Positions 8,690 through 18,202 of a DNA stretch of 64,000 bases are shown here, one piece after another (position 1 is the first letter of the stretch; every line of letters begins with the position of its first letter). The DNA lies in the NCBI GenBank assembly GCA_027021195.1, contig JALUUW010000003.1, positions 4,843 to 68,842 on the forward strand. The letters are read 5' to 3'. The position numbers were made by a program, and so were the translations under genes. Source of the stretch: Candidatus Pacearchaeota archaeon. GTDB taxonomy: Archaea > Nanobdellota > Nanobdellia > Pacearchaeales > GW2011-AR1. A model generated the notes under the pieces. It ran no database searches. It saw nothing but the letters and a program-made list of their open reading frames with translations, and was not told the DNA's origin.

Positions 8690-10177
8690 TCAGCTGTTAT
8701 ACCCCTCAACTCCGATAAAATTTGTTGAGCCTCCGCAGTCTCCAAGAGAGATACATGCATTATTCATCTCTTTCTTCCATGACTCTGAAAGGCACTCACA
8801 GTTTTTCACGCACTTTTCCTTTCCAGTCAGCCCTTTTTCAAATACTACTGTGCATTGAGTGTCTGCTATAGAGCATAAAGATTCAGCCTCAGTGTCCTCT
8901 TCCCAAAAATTAAATCCAGGGGCATTTTCAGGAACGCATCCTATTGAAGACCATTTGCAGTCTCTCCTGTCTTTATTCTCGCAGTCTTTTTTGGTTGTTT
9001 GAGAGGAGCAGTCCTGCCATTTATTTACTCTGCATGCAGCTGTCTTAAATCCGTCAATGTCGTCCTGGACACAGACTTCCTGCCTGAAATCCGCGCACGG
9101 CTCTATGCTTACCTCTCCGTTATAACACACCAGCCTGAAATGCCTGCTTCCAGGAAGGCTTTTGTCTGTCCCGCTTGCATCTGCGCACCATGTTTCCCCA
9201 TGCTTATATTTTTTTCCAAGATAATTGCAGCTTAAGTCTCTGCAGATGTTGTCTCCGTAAGTTGGCTTTACTCTGTCCTTTCCTCTTTCATAGGATTTGC
9301 AGGTGCTTCCCAAAAAATAATCGCAGTTGCCGCACCCGGATGATCCGGCATTTCCGTCTGCTGAACTAAATCCGCAGCTCTTTTCCTTTCCATAAGCCTT
9401 TGTCCAGTAGTTTTTGTCTTTTATTTTTGAGGCATCATAAATATTCGCAGGATTTCCGCAGCTGTCAACAAAGAAGACTTCATCTCTTCCTTCAATGCAC
9501 GTTGTTCTTTCTGAGGGTCCGCAGTTTGTTGCAAGCTCTTCTGCAGAGCATAAAAGCCCCTCGTAAAACTCTACATTGGAATCAGGAGAGCTCGCTTCCA
9601 TTTTTCGGCACTCTCTTTTTGTTATGAACTTGCATGTTCTTGCCATCTCTTCAGGATCCTCAAACACACATGCTCCTTTGACATCTGAAGTAGCAGAAGC
9701 AATGCATTCTATCTCGCTTCCTATGTTTGTCCTGAAGTCAGTTTCGAGCCCGTAAAGGGACGAAAGCCTTTTGCATCTCGTCTGCGTTACAAAAGCAGCC
9801 TGGTCTCCTATCAGGCAGCACCCAAGAGAGCATTGGGGGATTTCATCCATCTTCCCTTCGTTCCATACCCCTCCTGAATCCTCGCATACTTTTTGAGGAG
9901 TGTTTTCCATGCAGGTTCCCTCCTGGCTGTCTATGCAGGTTCCAAGCTTGCAATAAGAGGTCGCCTCGCAGGAAGTCGGGACTTTTCTGTATGAGCTGTC
10001 GCATTTATCCTGAGGAGCGTTCTGGCACCATGCATTGTTTACTGTTTTTTCGCAGCAGTATGAAACCTCTCCGACAGCTGAGACAATTGCAATATATGCT
10101 ATGACTGCCAAAAAAATCAGCGCAACTCCTGCTGCTAACCCTTTTTCAAAAACATTATTTGTCTTGTTTCTTCCCAT
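8690..10177 (-). CDS. Cys-rich secreted or surface protein with a class III-like N-terminal signal (FEKG|LAAGVALIF)
   Basis: N-terminal charged segment, then KG and a hydrophobic stretch. More than 50 Cys. N-terminal domain is paralogous to the 1247-aa protein (CC..T....C...(K/E)LSS(L/F)YG). Confidence 0.5.
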   Translation of the reverse strand: MGRNKTNNVFEKGLAAGVALIFLAVIAYIAIVSAVGEVSYCCEKTVNNAWCQNAPQDKCDSSYRKVPTSCEATSYCKLGTCIDSQEGTCMENTPQKVCEDSGGVWNEGKMDEIPQCSLGCCLIGDQAAFVTQTRCKRLSSLYGLETDFRTNIGSEIECIASATSDVKGACVFEDPEEMARTCKFITKRECRKMEASSPDSNVEFYEGLLCSAEELATNCGPSERTTCIEGRDEVFFVDSCGNPANIYDASKIKDKNYWTKAYGKEKSCGFSSADGNAGSSGCGNCDYFLGSTCKSYERGKDRVKPTYGDNICRDLSCNYLGKKYKHGETWCADASGTDKSLPGSRHFRLVCYNGEVSIEPCADFRQEVCVQDDIDGFKTAACRVNKWQDCSSQTTKKDCENKDRRDCKWSSIGCVPENAPGFNFWEEDTEAESLCSIADTQCTVVFEKGLTGKEKCVKNCECLSESWKKEMNNACISLGDCGGSTNFIGVEGYNS

Positions 10178-10178
10178 T

Positions 10179-10967
10179 TTACACTAAAACTTCATCAACT
10201 CCGTATCCAGGAGGCCATGCAAGGCTTCTTGAAGCAAACTGGAATTTATTTCCGCTGTTGAGGTCTGTTAAAATATAGATTGTAGTGCCGTCGGATTGTT
10301 TTTTCTTCTCAACTTTCAAATCACGGTAATAGTTCATGTAGGTTGTTGTTTCAGCATCTCCGTATCTTGTTTCCCATGCAATTATGCTGTTTGCAATACT
10401 TAATAGTTCATAAAGATTATTGTTCAGGACTACTCTTAAATTGTCATAGCTTTCTGAAGATTCTTTTGTGAGAGTTAAGGAGTTGCTGAATGTAGCGACA
10501 ATTCTTTTTGGAAGCAGCTCAACATCAGGCTCTCCCTGCTTTAAGCTTACTTTATACCCTCTTTTCTCATAACTCTCTTTCATGGAATCAAAGCACTCTT
10601 TTGCCTTTCCTCTTATGTCTTTTTTTATCTCAGACTCAATGTGCTTTTTCAGCATTGGCTGCTGCACCACGCATGTTTTGTAGTACTCCTCAGTGTAGCA
10701 AAGATATTCTACTTTTTCATCATTATACAAAAAATAGTGTTCTGGCTTCAGGCTGCCACCCTGCATTGAAAGCCTTTCAACAGAATTTTTAATATCCTCT
10801 TCCATGCAGTTTTGAATAAATGCAGACGGATTCATGCTCTCGAGCCACAAATTAGACCCTATCTTTGGATAAAACAAGTAAGATAAAACACCTATAATCA
10901 CAATCATTATTGCAATTATGATGAAAATCGTCACTTGCCCCTTTCTTTTCCATGATATTTCCCGCAT
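10179..10967 (-). CDS. type IV pilin-like protein (class III signal peptide KRKG|QVTIFIII)
   Basis: Basic N-terminus, KG-Q cleavage-like site and a hydrophobic helix. Paralog of the 14771..15601 protein (SMQGG, YLCYT, PML..H). Start overlaps the downstream gene's start region. Confidence 0.45.
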   Translation of the reverse strand: MREISWKRKGQVTIFIIIAIMIVIIGVLSYLFYPKIGSNLWLESMNPSAFIQNCMEEDIKNSVERLSMQGGSLKPEHYFLYNDEKVEYLCYTEEYYKTCVVQQPMLKKHIESEIKKDIRGKAKECFDSMKESYEKRGYKVSLKQGEPDVELLPKRIVATFSNSLTLTKESSESYDNLRVVLNNNLYELLSIANSIIAWETRYGDAETTTYMNYYRDLKVEKKKQSDGTTIYILTDLNSGNKFQFASRSLAWPPGYGVDEVLV

Positions 10968-11025
10968 TTTTATTTAAAGGAAATCTGATTTATAAATGTT
11001 GATAGTTTTTAATGTTTTTAATAAA

Positions 11026-14000
11026 TTAAATTGATTCCGGCCTTAATATAATTGCACAGCCAGGATTTGTATTTCCTCCAAGATCTTCGCATTTGATGTA
11101 ATGCCTCTTTCCAGACTCCCACTCGCTGGTATGGGTTCTTGAAAATACATCTGTCATAGGCTTTGCATCCTCTCCTCGAATGTCAAATCCGCATCCATTA
11201 AAACTGTAATAGCATTTTGCATCTTCGTCTGTTATTACCTTTAACTCTCCCTCGCTGTAAGCCCTTACTATTTTTGGAGCTTCAGTGTCAAGCTCTAAAG
11301 TGAATACTGCATTTCCATAAGCAGTATTTCCTGCATCGTCTTCGCACTTTACATAAATATTGTAGTCTCCTTTCATCATAGTGTTGAAGTTCTGCTTATG
11401 CCTCCTGGAGAAGCTCTCAAAAAACAGAGTCATGTCATCATATCCTGAGAAACTGTAATAACAGGAAGACTTTCCATTCCTCGCCCCTCCGGAAGTCTCA
11501 ACTTCAAGGTCTACTGAGATTGGCTCGAACCATCTCTTGATTTTTCCCTGAGGGGTTATTGAGGTTATGTTAAGATTTGTCTCTGAAACATAGAGTGTAT
11601 AAACAAAATCCTCTTCATTTACATTTCTTGAAGTGTTCTCTGGAGGAAGCCATGGCTGGTCTTTGCACCTGATGTAAAAATTGTTTTCTCCTTCTGCAAG
11701 CCCTTTAAGAGTGGTGCTGCACTGCCATCCCAACAGCTCCCTCTCTGTTATTCCTGTTTTGCAATCCATTGAATTGCTCATTTCCTCATAGCTTTTTCCG
11801 CTTTCAGTGCTGTACCTGCATTCAGCAGGCTCACTTAGGTAAATCTGAAGAGGCGTTTCTGTAACATTATATTTCAGGAAACTTTCATCCTCTGGAACTG
11901 CAACTGTTCTTGAATGGTCTACAGCAGTTGTGTCTGGCCCTGAGTTAATGCAGAAATTCACCGTATACTCGTCAATATTGTAGTTTCCATGATAGTCCTT
12001 GCACTTAACATACATATTCATGTTTCCAAACATCTCTCTTATGTCTCCTGCAACATCATAGACGCTTAAGCTGTCCAGGCTTGGCATTGAAAATGAAAAA
12101 GTGTGGTTGAGAGTGAATGCATTTTGCTCAACAGGGTATCCTCTCATTTCGTCATATTCTGTTTTCTGGAAATCAAACTTGCACTGCGCAAATTCATCTG
12201 TTTTTAGGCTGAAGCTGACAGGAGTGAATTCAGGGATGCAGTTTCCGTTTTCCCTTCTTATCTCAACTCTTTTTGCATCTTCGTTATTGAACTTGTAGCC
12301 CTCGTCAATATCTCCTGCAGAAATTACAGGAGGATTGCTTTCATAAGGGATGCTCTCGCAGACAGGGTTTTCTGTTTCTTCATTAAGGATTCTGCATGCC
12401 TGCCCAAGGCTCTCGCATCTGTATCTTGTGCAAGGCATTCCTTTTTCAGCAAGCTCGTTGCATCTTTTGCAATTCTCTCCTCCTGCAGGAGCCTGCCATG
12501 GCATGCATGTAAACTCAACAACCCTTTCTTTTGTCTTTCCCCATCCAACAACTATGACATATACCATTATTATTACTGCTGCTGCCAGTGCGTATGTTCC
12601 AAAATTCAATCCCCATTTGAGCCATCCGACCTTCATTAGGCCAAGTATTCCTCCTGCAACCCCTCCTGCTACTGTCAGGACTGTTGCTGCATTTCCAGAC
12701 CTTCCCAAAGACTGGGCAATAAATGCTCCTGCAACTGTTCCTATTGCAAACCCTGCTGCTGCCCATGCGAATGCTCCTATGGATGTATATGTGGTAGAAA
12801 CAACTGCTTCAGATCCTGCAAAAATTGTCTTTGTTCCCAATAATGATGTTGTTGTTTCATAAGCTCCATAAGTGTAGGTGGTAGTTCCTATTCCCAAATG
12901 GCTAATGGCCATAATCAAGGTTCCAGCTCCTCCTGAAACTTCTCCAAGCTGCTTTATTACAGCCTGTATTTTATCCTCTTTAGGCTTTTTGCCAGAATTA
13001 CCGCTTATTGAAGAGATGTAATCATCAATTTCCTGGGGCTTTACATACTGGCCTTCTACAGGATCTGCATAATCCTTATATCTTTCCCATGAAACACTTG
13101 GAGACCGCGTTACTTTAATGTTATCGCTTCCCTCTCCAATATAATTGATATAGCTTCCGCAATCTCCGAGGCTGATGCAAAGGTCATTCATCTGCTCTGC
13201 AAAAACTCCTTTCTCGCAATTGCAGTTCTCAATGCACTCCCACTTTCCTCTTGAGTTTTTTTGGTATATGACAGTGCATTTTTGATTTGCCATTGCGCAT
13301 ATGCTGTCTGCAATAGAGCTTTCCCTTTGCCTGAACCCTCTTGGATATCTTCCAACGCAGACATCAAAGCTGAACCCGTCATCAATATTAATGTTTTTAA
13401 TCATGCAGTGCTTGTTTTTATTGCATTTTTCAGCCATGTTTCCCTGTGAATTGTAATCAAGGCACTTTGTAGCTTCGTTCACAACGCATGAGGCTACTGA
13501 AAAGCTTTTTCCGTTTTCCTCTATTTCTGATTCTGTGCAAAGCCCCCCTCTATAGTCACTGCATCCCTCTGTCTTTACTTCTCCATCAATACATATTTTT
13601 CTCCAGTGCCTGCTTCCTGCAGGATCTTTCCCTTCTCCTATATAAGAGTCATAAGCACACCAGCTCTCCCCGTTCTTTCTCTCTTTTCCGCCTGTCTCAG
13701 GAGATGCAGGGCAGTTTTTGTTTTTGCATATATAATCTCCGTCTTTTGCTTTTTTTCCTCCTGCCTCGTCTGAAGGCGCGCACATGCTTCCAAGGAAATA
13801 ATTGCAGTTTCCGCACTCTTCTGACTGAATATTGTCTGAATCAGGGTTGCAGCTTTCCTGTTTGCTTAACACCTTTCCGTTATTCCACGAAAAATCCCTG
13901 TCTGAGGAATAGATGTTTTCCCTGTTTCCGCAGGAATCAATCCAGTAAATCTCGTCTTTTCCCTCAATGCAGCTTATGCTTGCCTGCCTTTCACATTCAA

Positions 14001-14769
14001 CCCCCATTTCTTTAAATTCCGGATTTGAACATAGATGGTCTTTGTAAAAGTCTCCCTGAATGCTGAGGCATCTTGATTCTGTTGTAAATTCGCATCTGCC
14101 TCCTTCAAGGATGCATGCCCCTTCAAACTGGCTTGCAGAAAGAGCAAGGCATTCAAATTCTGTTTCAAGGTCTCTAAAGTCTTTTTTAAACCCGTAAAAA
14201 GATGAAAGTTTTTCACACCTTTTTTCTGTAACAAACTGCGCATTATCTCCCAAAACACAGCATCCTTTCTGGCATTCGCTTACTAAACATGATTCTTCAT
14301 TTTTCCATATTCCTCCTCCAGACTCGCATTTTTTTCTGGTGGATTTTGTTGTGCATAGCCCCTCATCTTCGTCAATGCAGCATCCTATCTTGCAGTCAGC
14401 AACTTCATCGCATTTTGTCGGAAGAGGATTGTCGCAGCTTTCAGTATCAAAAAACCCGACATCCTGGCATATTGCTCCGCTTTTTGTAACAGGGCAGCAT
14501 TTCCATGACTCTTCTTCTGCAGAAACAATTCCTATCTGTTTTATTGATAAAAATCCCACTAAGAGGCTTGCTCCTGCAGCAATGAGATTCCCAAGACTGT
14601 CTTTTCCTTTATCTCTTTTTATTATAATGGAGCTGCTGTCAGGCTGGCTGCTCATTCCTATAACATAGCTGGTTGCAGGACTCATATTAACCAGAAGGAA
14701 AATCTGGAACATAACAACAGCTAGCAAGCTTAGTTCTGTTTTTCTTTCCCTGATTTTTATTGACTTCAT
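11026..14769 (-). CDS. giant (1247 aa) Cys-rich surface protein with a central Gly/Ala-rich multi-TM region
   Basis: N-terminal hydrophobic segments. Cys-rich ectodomain homologous to the 8690..10177 protein. Residues ~600-730 have several hydrophobic G/A-rich helices. C-terminal Cys-rich beta-rich domains. Confidence 0.5.
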   Translation of the reverse strand: MKSIKIRERKTELSLLAVVMFQIFLLVNMSPATSYVIGMSSQPDSSSIIIKRDKGKDSLGNLIAAGASLLVGFLSIKQIGIVSAEEESWKCCPVTKSGAICQDVGFFDTESCDNPLPTKCDEVADCKIGCCIDEDEGLCTTKSTRKKCESGGGIWKNEESCLVSECQKGCCVLGDNAQFVTEKRCEKLSSFYGFKKDFRDLETEFECLALSASQFEGACILEGGRCEFTTESRCLSIQGDFYKDHLCSNPEFKEMGVECERQASISCIEGKDEIYWIDSCGNRENIYSSDRDFSWNNGKVLSKQESCNPDSDNIQSEECGNCNYFLGSMCAPSDEAGGKKAKDGDYICKNKNCPASPETGGKERKNGESWCAYDSYIGEGKDPAGSRHWRKICIDGEVKTEGCSDYRGGLCTESEIEENGKSFSVASCVVNEATKCLDYNSQGNMAEKCNKNKHCMIKNINIDDGFSFDVCVGRYPRGFRQRESSIADSICAMANQKCTVIYQKNSRGKWECIENCNCEKGVFAEQMNDLCISLGDCGSYINYIGEGSDNIKVTRSPSVSWERYKDYADPVEGQYVKPQEIDDYISSISGNSGKKPKEDKIQAVIKQLGEVSGGAGTLIMAISHLGIGTTTYTYGAYETTTSLLGTKTIFAGSEAVVSTTYTSIGAFAWAAAGFAIGTVAGAFIAQSLGRSGNAATVLTVAGGVAGGILGLMKVGWLKWGLNFGTYALAAAVIIMVYVIVVGWGKTKERVVEFTCMPWQAPAGGENCKRCNELAEKGMPCTRYRCESLGQACRILNEETENPVCESIPYESNPPVISAGDIDEGYKFNNEDAKRVEIRRENGNCIPEFTPVSFSLKTDEFAQCKFDFQKTEYDEMRGYPVEQNAFTLNHTFSFSMPSLDSLSVYDVAGDIREMFGNMNMYVKCKDYHGNYNIDEYTVNFCINSGPDTTAVDHSRTVAVPEDESFLKYNVTETPLQIYLSEPAECRYSTESGKSYEEMSNSMDCKTGITERELLGWQCSTTLKGLAEGENNFYIRCKDQPWLPPENTSRNVNEEDFVYTLYVSETNLNITSITPQGKIKRWFEPISVDLEVETSGGARNGKSSCYYSFSGYDDMTLFFESFSRRHKQNFNTMMKGDYNIYVKCEDDAGNTAYGNAVFTLELDTEAPKIVRAYSEGELKVITDEDAKCYYSFNGCGFDIRGEDAKPMTDVFSRTHTSEWESGKRHYIKCEDLGGNTNPGCAIILRPESI

Positions 14770-14770
14770 T

Positions 14771-15601
14771 TTAAAGCCCAGGAGGTATTATGCAGCTTCT
14801 CACTGCAAACCTGAATTTTTCTTTGCTGTTTTCATGCCTGACAGTATAGATTGTTTCTAAATCGCTTGTCTTGAATCTGTCTATATTGAATTGGGGATTA
14901 ATAATCATAAAGCCAAGATAGTCAAAATTGCAGAACCTTGCCTCTTGACTCAAAATCTCCTGCACAACAGCTGCAATATCATAAAATCTGCTTGGAATAT
15001 TCGCTTCAAGGTTTTCTTTTTTTGAGCTCTCCTCTGTTCTTGTAAGAGTAATCTCGCTGTCTGTTTTAATAATCACTCTCTTTGAGATTAAGTCAACTTC
15101 AAATCCCCTGTAATCCATGCTGACTTCATAATTCTGTTTTTCAAGATTGTTTTTTAATTCATCAAAACATACTTCCATGTCCTCTGCAATATAATTTTTT
15201 ATTTCTTTTTTTAGATGGCTCATCAGCATTGGCTCGTGATTTATGCAGGGAACATAATAATTTTGAGTATAGCATAAATAAGAGATATTTACAGGGTCTT
15301 CACCTTCAAACCTGAAGGTTTTGTAGAGCTCTGGTTCAATATATCCTCCCTGCATGGAGATTGTGCCAATAGCTTCCTTGACCTTGCCTTCAATACACGA
15401 GCTTAAAAAAGCTTCAGGATTTTTTTCAGGGCTCTTTCCTGTTTTTATAGGAGCTTCTCCCCTAAAGAATAAAAACGATGAAATTGCAACAACAACAATC
15501 ATGCCTGCAATTATGAAAATAGTAACCTGCGAGCGTTTTGCCTTTGGAAAAGCCCTTTTATTAAACAGCAGGCCTAAGGCACGAGTTCCTCTTTTTTTCA
15601 T
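14771..15601 (-). CDS. type IV pilin-like protein (class III signal AKRS|QVTIFIIAG)
   Basis: Paralog of the 10179..10967 protein. Stop overlaps the start of the giant gene. Confidence 0.45.
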   Translation of the reverse strand: MKKRGTRALGLLFNKRAFPKAKRSQVTIFIIAGMIVVVAISSFLFFRGEAPIKTGKSPEKNPEAFLSSCIEGKVKEAIGTISMQGGYIEPELYKTFRFEGEDPVNISYLCYTQNYYVPCINHEPMLMSHLKKEIKNYIAEDMEVCFDELKNNLEKQNYEVSMDYRGFEVDLISKRVIIKTDSEITLTRTEESSKKENLEANIPSRFYDIAAVVQEILSQEARFCNFDYLGFMIINPQFNIDRFKTSDLETIYTVRHENSKEKFRFAVRSCIIPPGL

Positions 15602-15706
15602 ATTTACTTAAATATTTTGCTGCTTATAAATCTTGTTGGATATGCTGTCTTTGTCTTCTGTCCAGACTCTCCCCTGTTATTTTCCGGATATTGATTTCCC
15701 TTCAAG

Positions 15707-16447
15707 CTAATCCTCTGTCTCAACTCTTGGAGCAAGAATAAAATTAAGTTCAAGATGCTCTGTTTTAATATCCATTCTCAGAGGATGGTCATTTGCGAAT
15801 TTCAGTGTGGTTTTCTCAGAAAGCTTTGACCCTTTCATAAACTTCTGAAGATATTCCAGACTGTATTTTGCCTTGCAGTTTTCTGCTTCTATTTTTGCCT
15901 CGTCTCCTGAAAATTCAGACTTTGCTGAGTTTATTCCTTTAGCTTCTATTATAAACTTTCCATCTTCAATTATGAATGAGCATGCGTCAGCCACAACAGC
16001 GCAGTCTTCAATAGAAGCAATCAAATCTCCTGAATCCATGTCAACTCTTGAGCTGAATTCTAAGTTAGGCATTTCTTTATCCTCGCTTTCAACATCAATA
16101 AGGCCTAAGGTGAAGCCCCTCTTAATCTTGTCCTGAATCTCTATGCTCAATAAGTTCTCCTTTTTTTCCAGAACTAAAGAGCTTCCGGAACCGCATCTTT
16201 TCAGAATTTTTTTCAGGCTGTCTAAATTAATGCCCAAAACCTCTTTTCCAGTTTCAAACTGGGAAAAAGCACTTTTTGGAAGCCTGAAACTAACCATTGC
16301 AACATTTGCAGGATCCATTGCCGTAATGCTCATCCCGAATTCACCTATCTTAATTCTTACCTCTGTAACCAACTCGGAAATTATATCAACAGCTTTTGAT
16401 AATAATGCAGGGTCTTCAAGTTTTACTAGCATTTTAGCTTCTATCAA
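15707..16447 (-). CDS. pcn: DNA polymerase sliding clamp PCNA
   Basis: 246 aa. Clear similarity to archaeal PCNA throughout (ITAMDPANVAMV, LKKILKR, LGLIDVE, FILAPRVE). Confidence 0.85.
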   Translation of the reverse strand: MIEAKMLVKLEDPALLSKAVDIISELVTEVRIKIGEFGMSITAMDPANVAMVSFRLPKSAFSQFETGKEVLGINLDSLKKILKRCGSGSSLVLEKKENLLSIEIQDKIKRGFTLGLIDVESEDKEMPNLEFSSRVDMDSGDLIASIEDCAVVADACSFIIEDGKFIIEAKGINSAKSEFSGDEAKIEAENCKAKYSLEYLQKFMKGSKLSEKTTLKFANDHPLRMDIKTEHLELNFILAPRVETED

Positions 16448-16588
16448 AGTACGGCTTGTTTTTTAAGTATTATTGTAATTAAGGATAAGGTATTTATTTA
16501 AACTTTGCCCACTCTTTCATAAGATGTTAAGTGAGCTCAGATTATTTTTTACAGAAGGAAGATTATTGAGCTAATTAAGAGATATAAA

Positions 16589-18202
16589 ATGCAGGAAAAT
16601 CTCAAAAATTCATCAGGGGAGCAAAGCTTCAAAGAGCAGAGGATAAGGAAGATAACTCATTTGTATTACTCAAGGCCGGACATACAGAAAGCAATTTTTG
16701 AATTCTCCAAAAACAGGGAAATTTCACCAAGATATTTTGAAGGCTTCGGCAAAAGGCCTGACAGCTTCCAGTATAAAGGAGATATATTTGAGCTTGTAAA
16801 AAAAGGAGCGACATCCTTTCATTGCTCAGAGGAATTGTGGCAGGACCCTCTTAAAATAACCACTGGAATGACAGAATCCCAGTCAAATGAGCTAAGAATC
16901 GGCTGGGACTTATTAATTGATATTGACTGCAAGTGGTTTGATTATTCCAAGCTGGCGGCAAAAGCAATAATTGGAGTTTTGAAAGATAATGGAATTAAAA
17001 ATCTGGGATTGAAGTTCTCAGGAAGCAAAGGATGGCACATCTTAATTCCCTGGAAATCTTTTCCAAAAGAAATAAATGGGGTCAGTTCATCAAATCTTTT
17101 TCCAGAGCTTCCAAGAAAAATTATAAATTATATAAGATTCCAGTCAGAAAAAAAACTAAAGGAGATGCTTCCTGAAGATTTTGAGGAGCAGTTTAAAGGA
17201 GTGAATATTAAGAGAGGGATAAAATGCAACAGGTGCAGTGAAATTGCCAGCCAGTATGTTTATGCTGTTTTTTCCTGCAGAAAGTGCGGAAGAAAAGAAT
17301 ACAAAAAATTCCATTCAAAAGGCCAGATGAAAAAATACAGCTGTCCTGAATGCGGGGCTGAATTTAAAATAGAGAGCCAACTTACCTATCATGAGTGCCA
17401 TCAGTGCAGGATAAATTCAAAATATAACCCAGATGATTTCTCGCAAACAATACAGGAGGATTTGTTTGATTTAATGGGGCTGGATATTATTCTGGTTTCT
17501 CCAAGGCACTTGTTCAGGATGCCTTATTCCCTCCACGAGAAAACAGCACTTGCAAGTGTAGTAATTGATGAGCAGGATATTGACGGTTTTCAGTTAAAAG
17601 ATGCCAGCCCTATGAAAATCTCTTCAGAAAAAATAAAAAATTTTTCCCCTGTCTCAGCAGAAGAAGCTGAAGCTGAAGCTCTTGTGAGAGAGGCTCTTGA
17701 CTGGACAAAAGACCTTCAGATTGCAAGAGGGGAAACAGAAGAAAAAATAACGGGAAAATATGCAGAGTACAAGCCGGTTAAGCTTGACAATCTTTCAGAG
17801 CAGAATTTTCCGCCATGCATAAAAAATATTCTAAAAGGAATTTCAGACGGAAAAAAGAGGGCTTTGTTTGCTTTAATAAATCTTTTCAGAAGCGTAGGAA
17901 TGGACAAGGAAAAAATGGAGAATGAAATTTATGAGTGGAACAAAAAAAACAATCCGCCGTTAAAAGAAGGGTATATTAAATCCCAGCTTTCATGGGCTTA
18001 CAGAAAAAAGCCAATAATGCCCCCTAACTGCAAGGAATTTTATCAGGGAATTGCAGCATGCCAGCCAGATGATTTGTGCCTCAACAAAGGAATAAAGAAT
18101 CCAGTTAATTATGTTGTAAGAAGAAGCATTTCAAAAAGAAAAGGGCATAGAAAGTCCAGGACAAATGGAAACAGTAAGGATAATTTTAAAAAGAAGAATT
18201 GA
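16589..18202 (+). CDS. priS: DNA primase, fused PriS catalytic domain plus PriL-CTD-like Fe-S domain (single-chain archaeo-eukaryotic primase)
   Basis: AEP motifs GWDLLIDIDC and FSGSKGWHIL. Zn-ribbon cysteines. C-terminal half carries four conserved Cys (FPPC, PNC, AAC, DLC), typical of the PriL C-terminal 4Fe-4S domain. Confidence 0.7.
   Translation: MQENLKNSSGEQSFKEQRIRKITHLYYSRPDIQKAIFEFSKNREISPRYFEGFGKRPDSFQYKGDIFELVKKGATSFHCSEELWQDPLKITTGMTESQSNELRIGWDLLIDIDCKWFDYSKLAAKAIIGVLKDNGIKNLGLKFSGSKGWHILIPWKSFPKEINGVSSSNLFPELPRKIINYIRFQSEKKLKEMLPEDFEEQFKGVNIKRGIKCNRCSEIASQYVYAVFSCRKCGRKEYKKFHSKGQMKKYSCPECGAEFKIESQLTYHECHQCRINSKYNPDDFSQTIQEDLFDLMGLDIILVSPRHLFRMPYSLHEKTALASVVIDEQDIDGFQLKDASPMKISSEKIKNFSPVSAEEAEAEALVREALDWTKDLQIARGETEEKITGKYAEYKPVKLDNLSEQNFPPCIKNILKGISDGKKRALFALINLFRSVGMDKEKMENEIYEWNKKNNPPLKEGYIKSQLSWAYRKKPIMPPNCKEFYQGIAACQPDDLCLNKGIKNPVNYVVRRSISKRKGHRKSRTNGNSKDNFKKKN

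Noticed and set aside
12350-14015. Antisense ORFs in the track (12350..12862, 12515..12766, 13488..14015) and similar ones inside valS, cdc48 and topA (e.g. 56753..57304, 59037..59483, 47485..47805)
   Set aside because: They are fully embedded opposite long genes with strong homology signals. Their composition is low-complexity and typical of antisense shadows.
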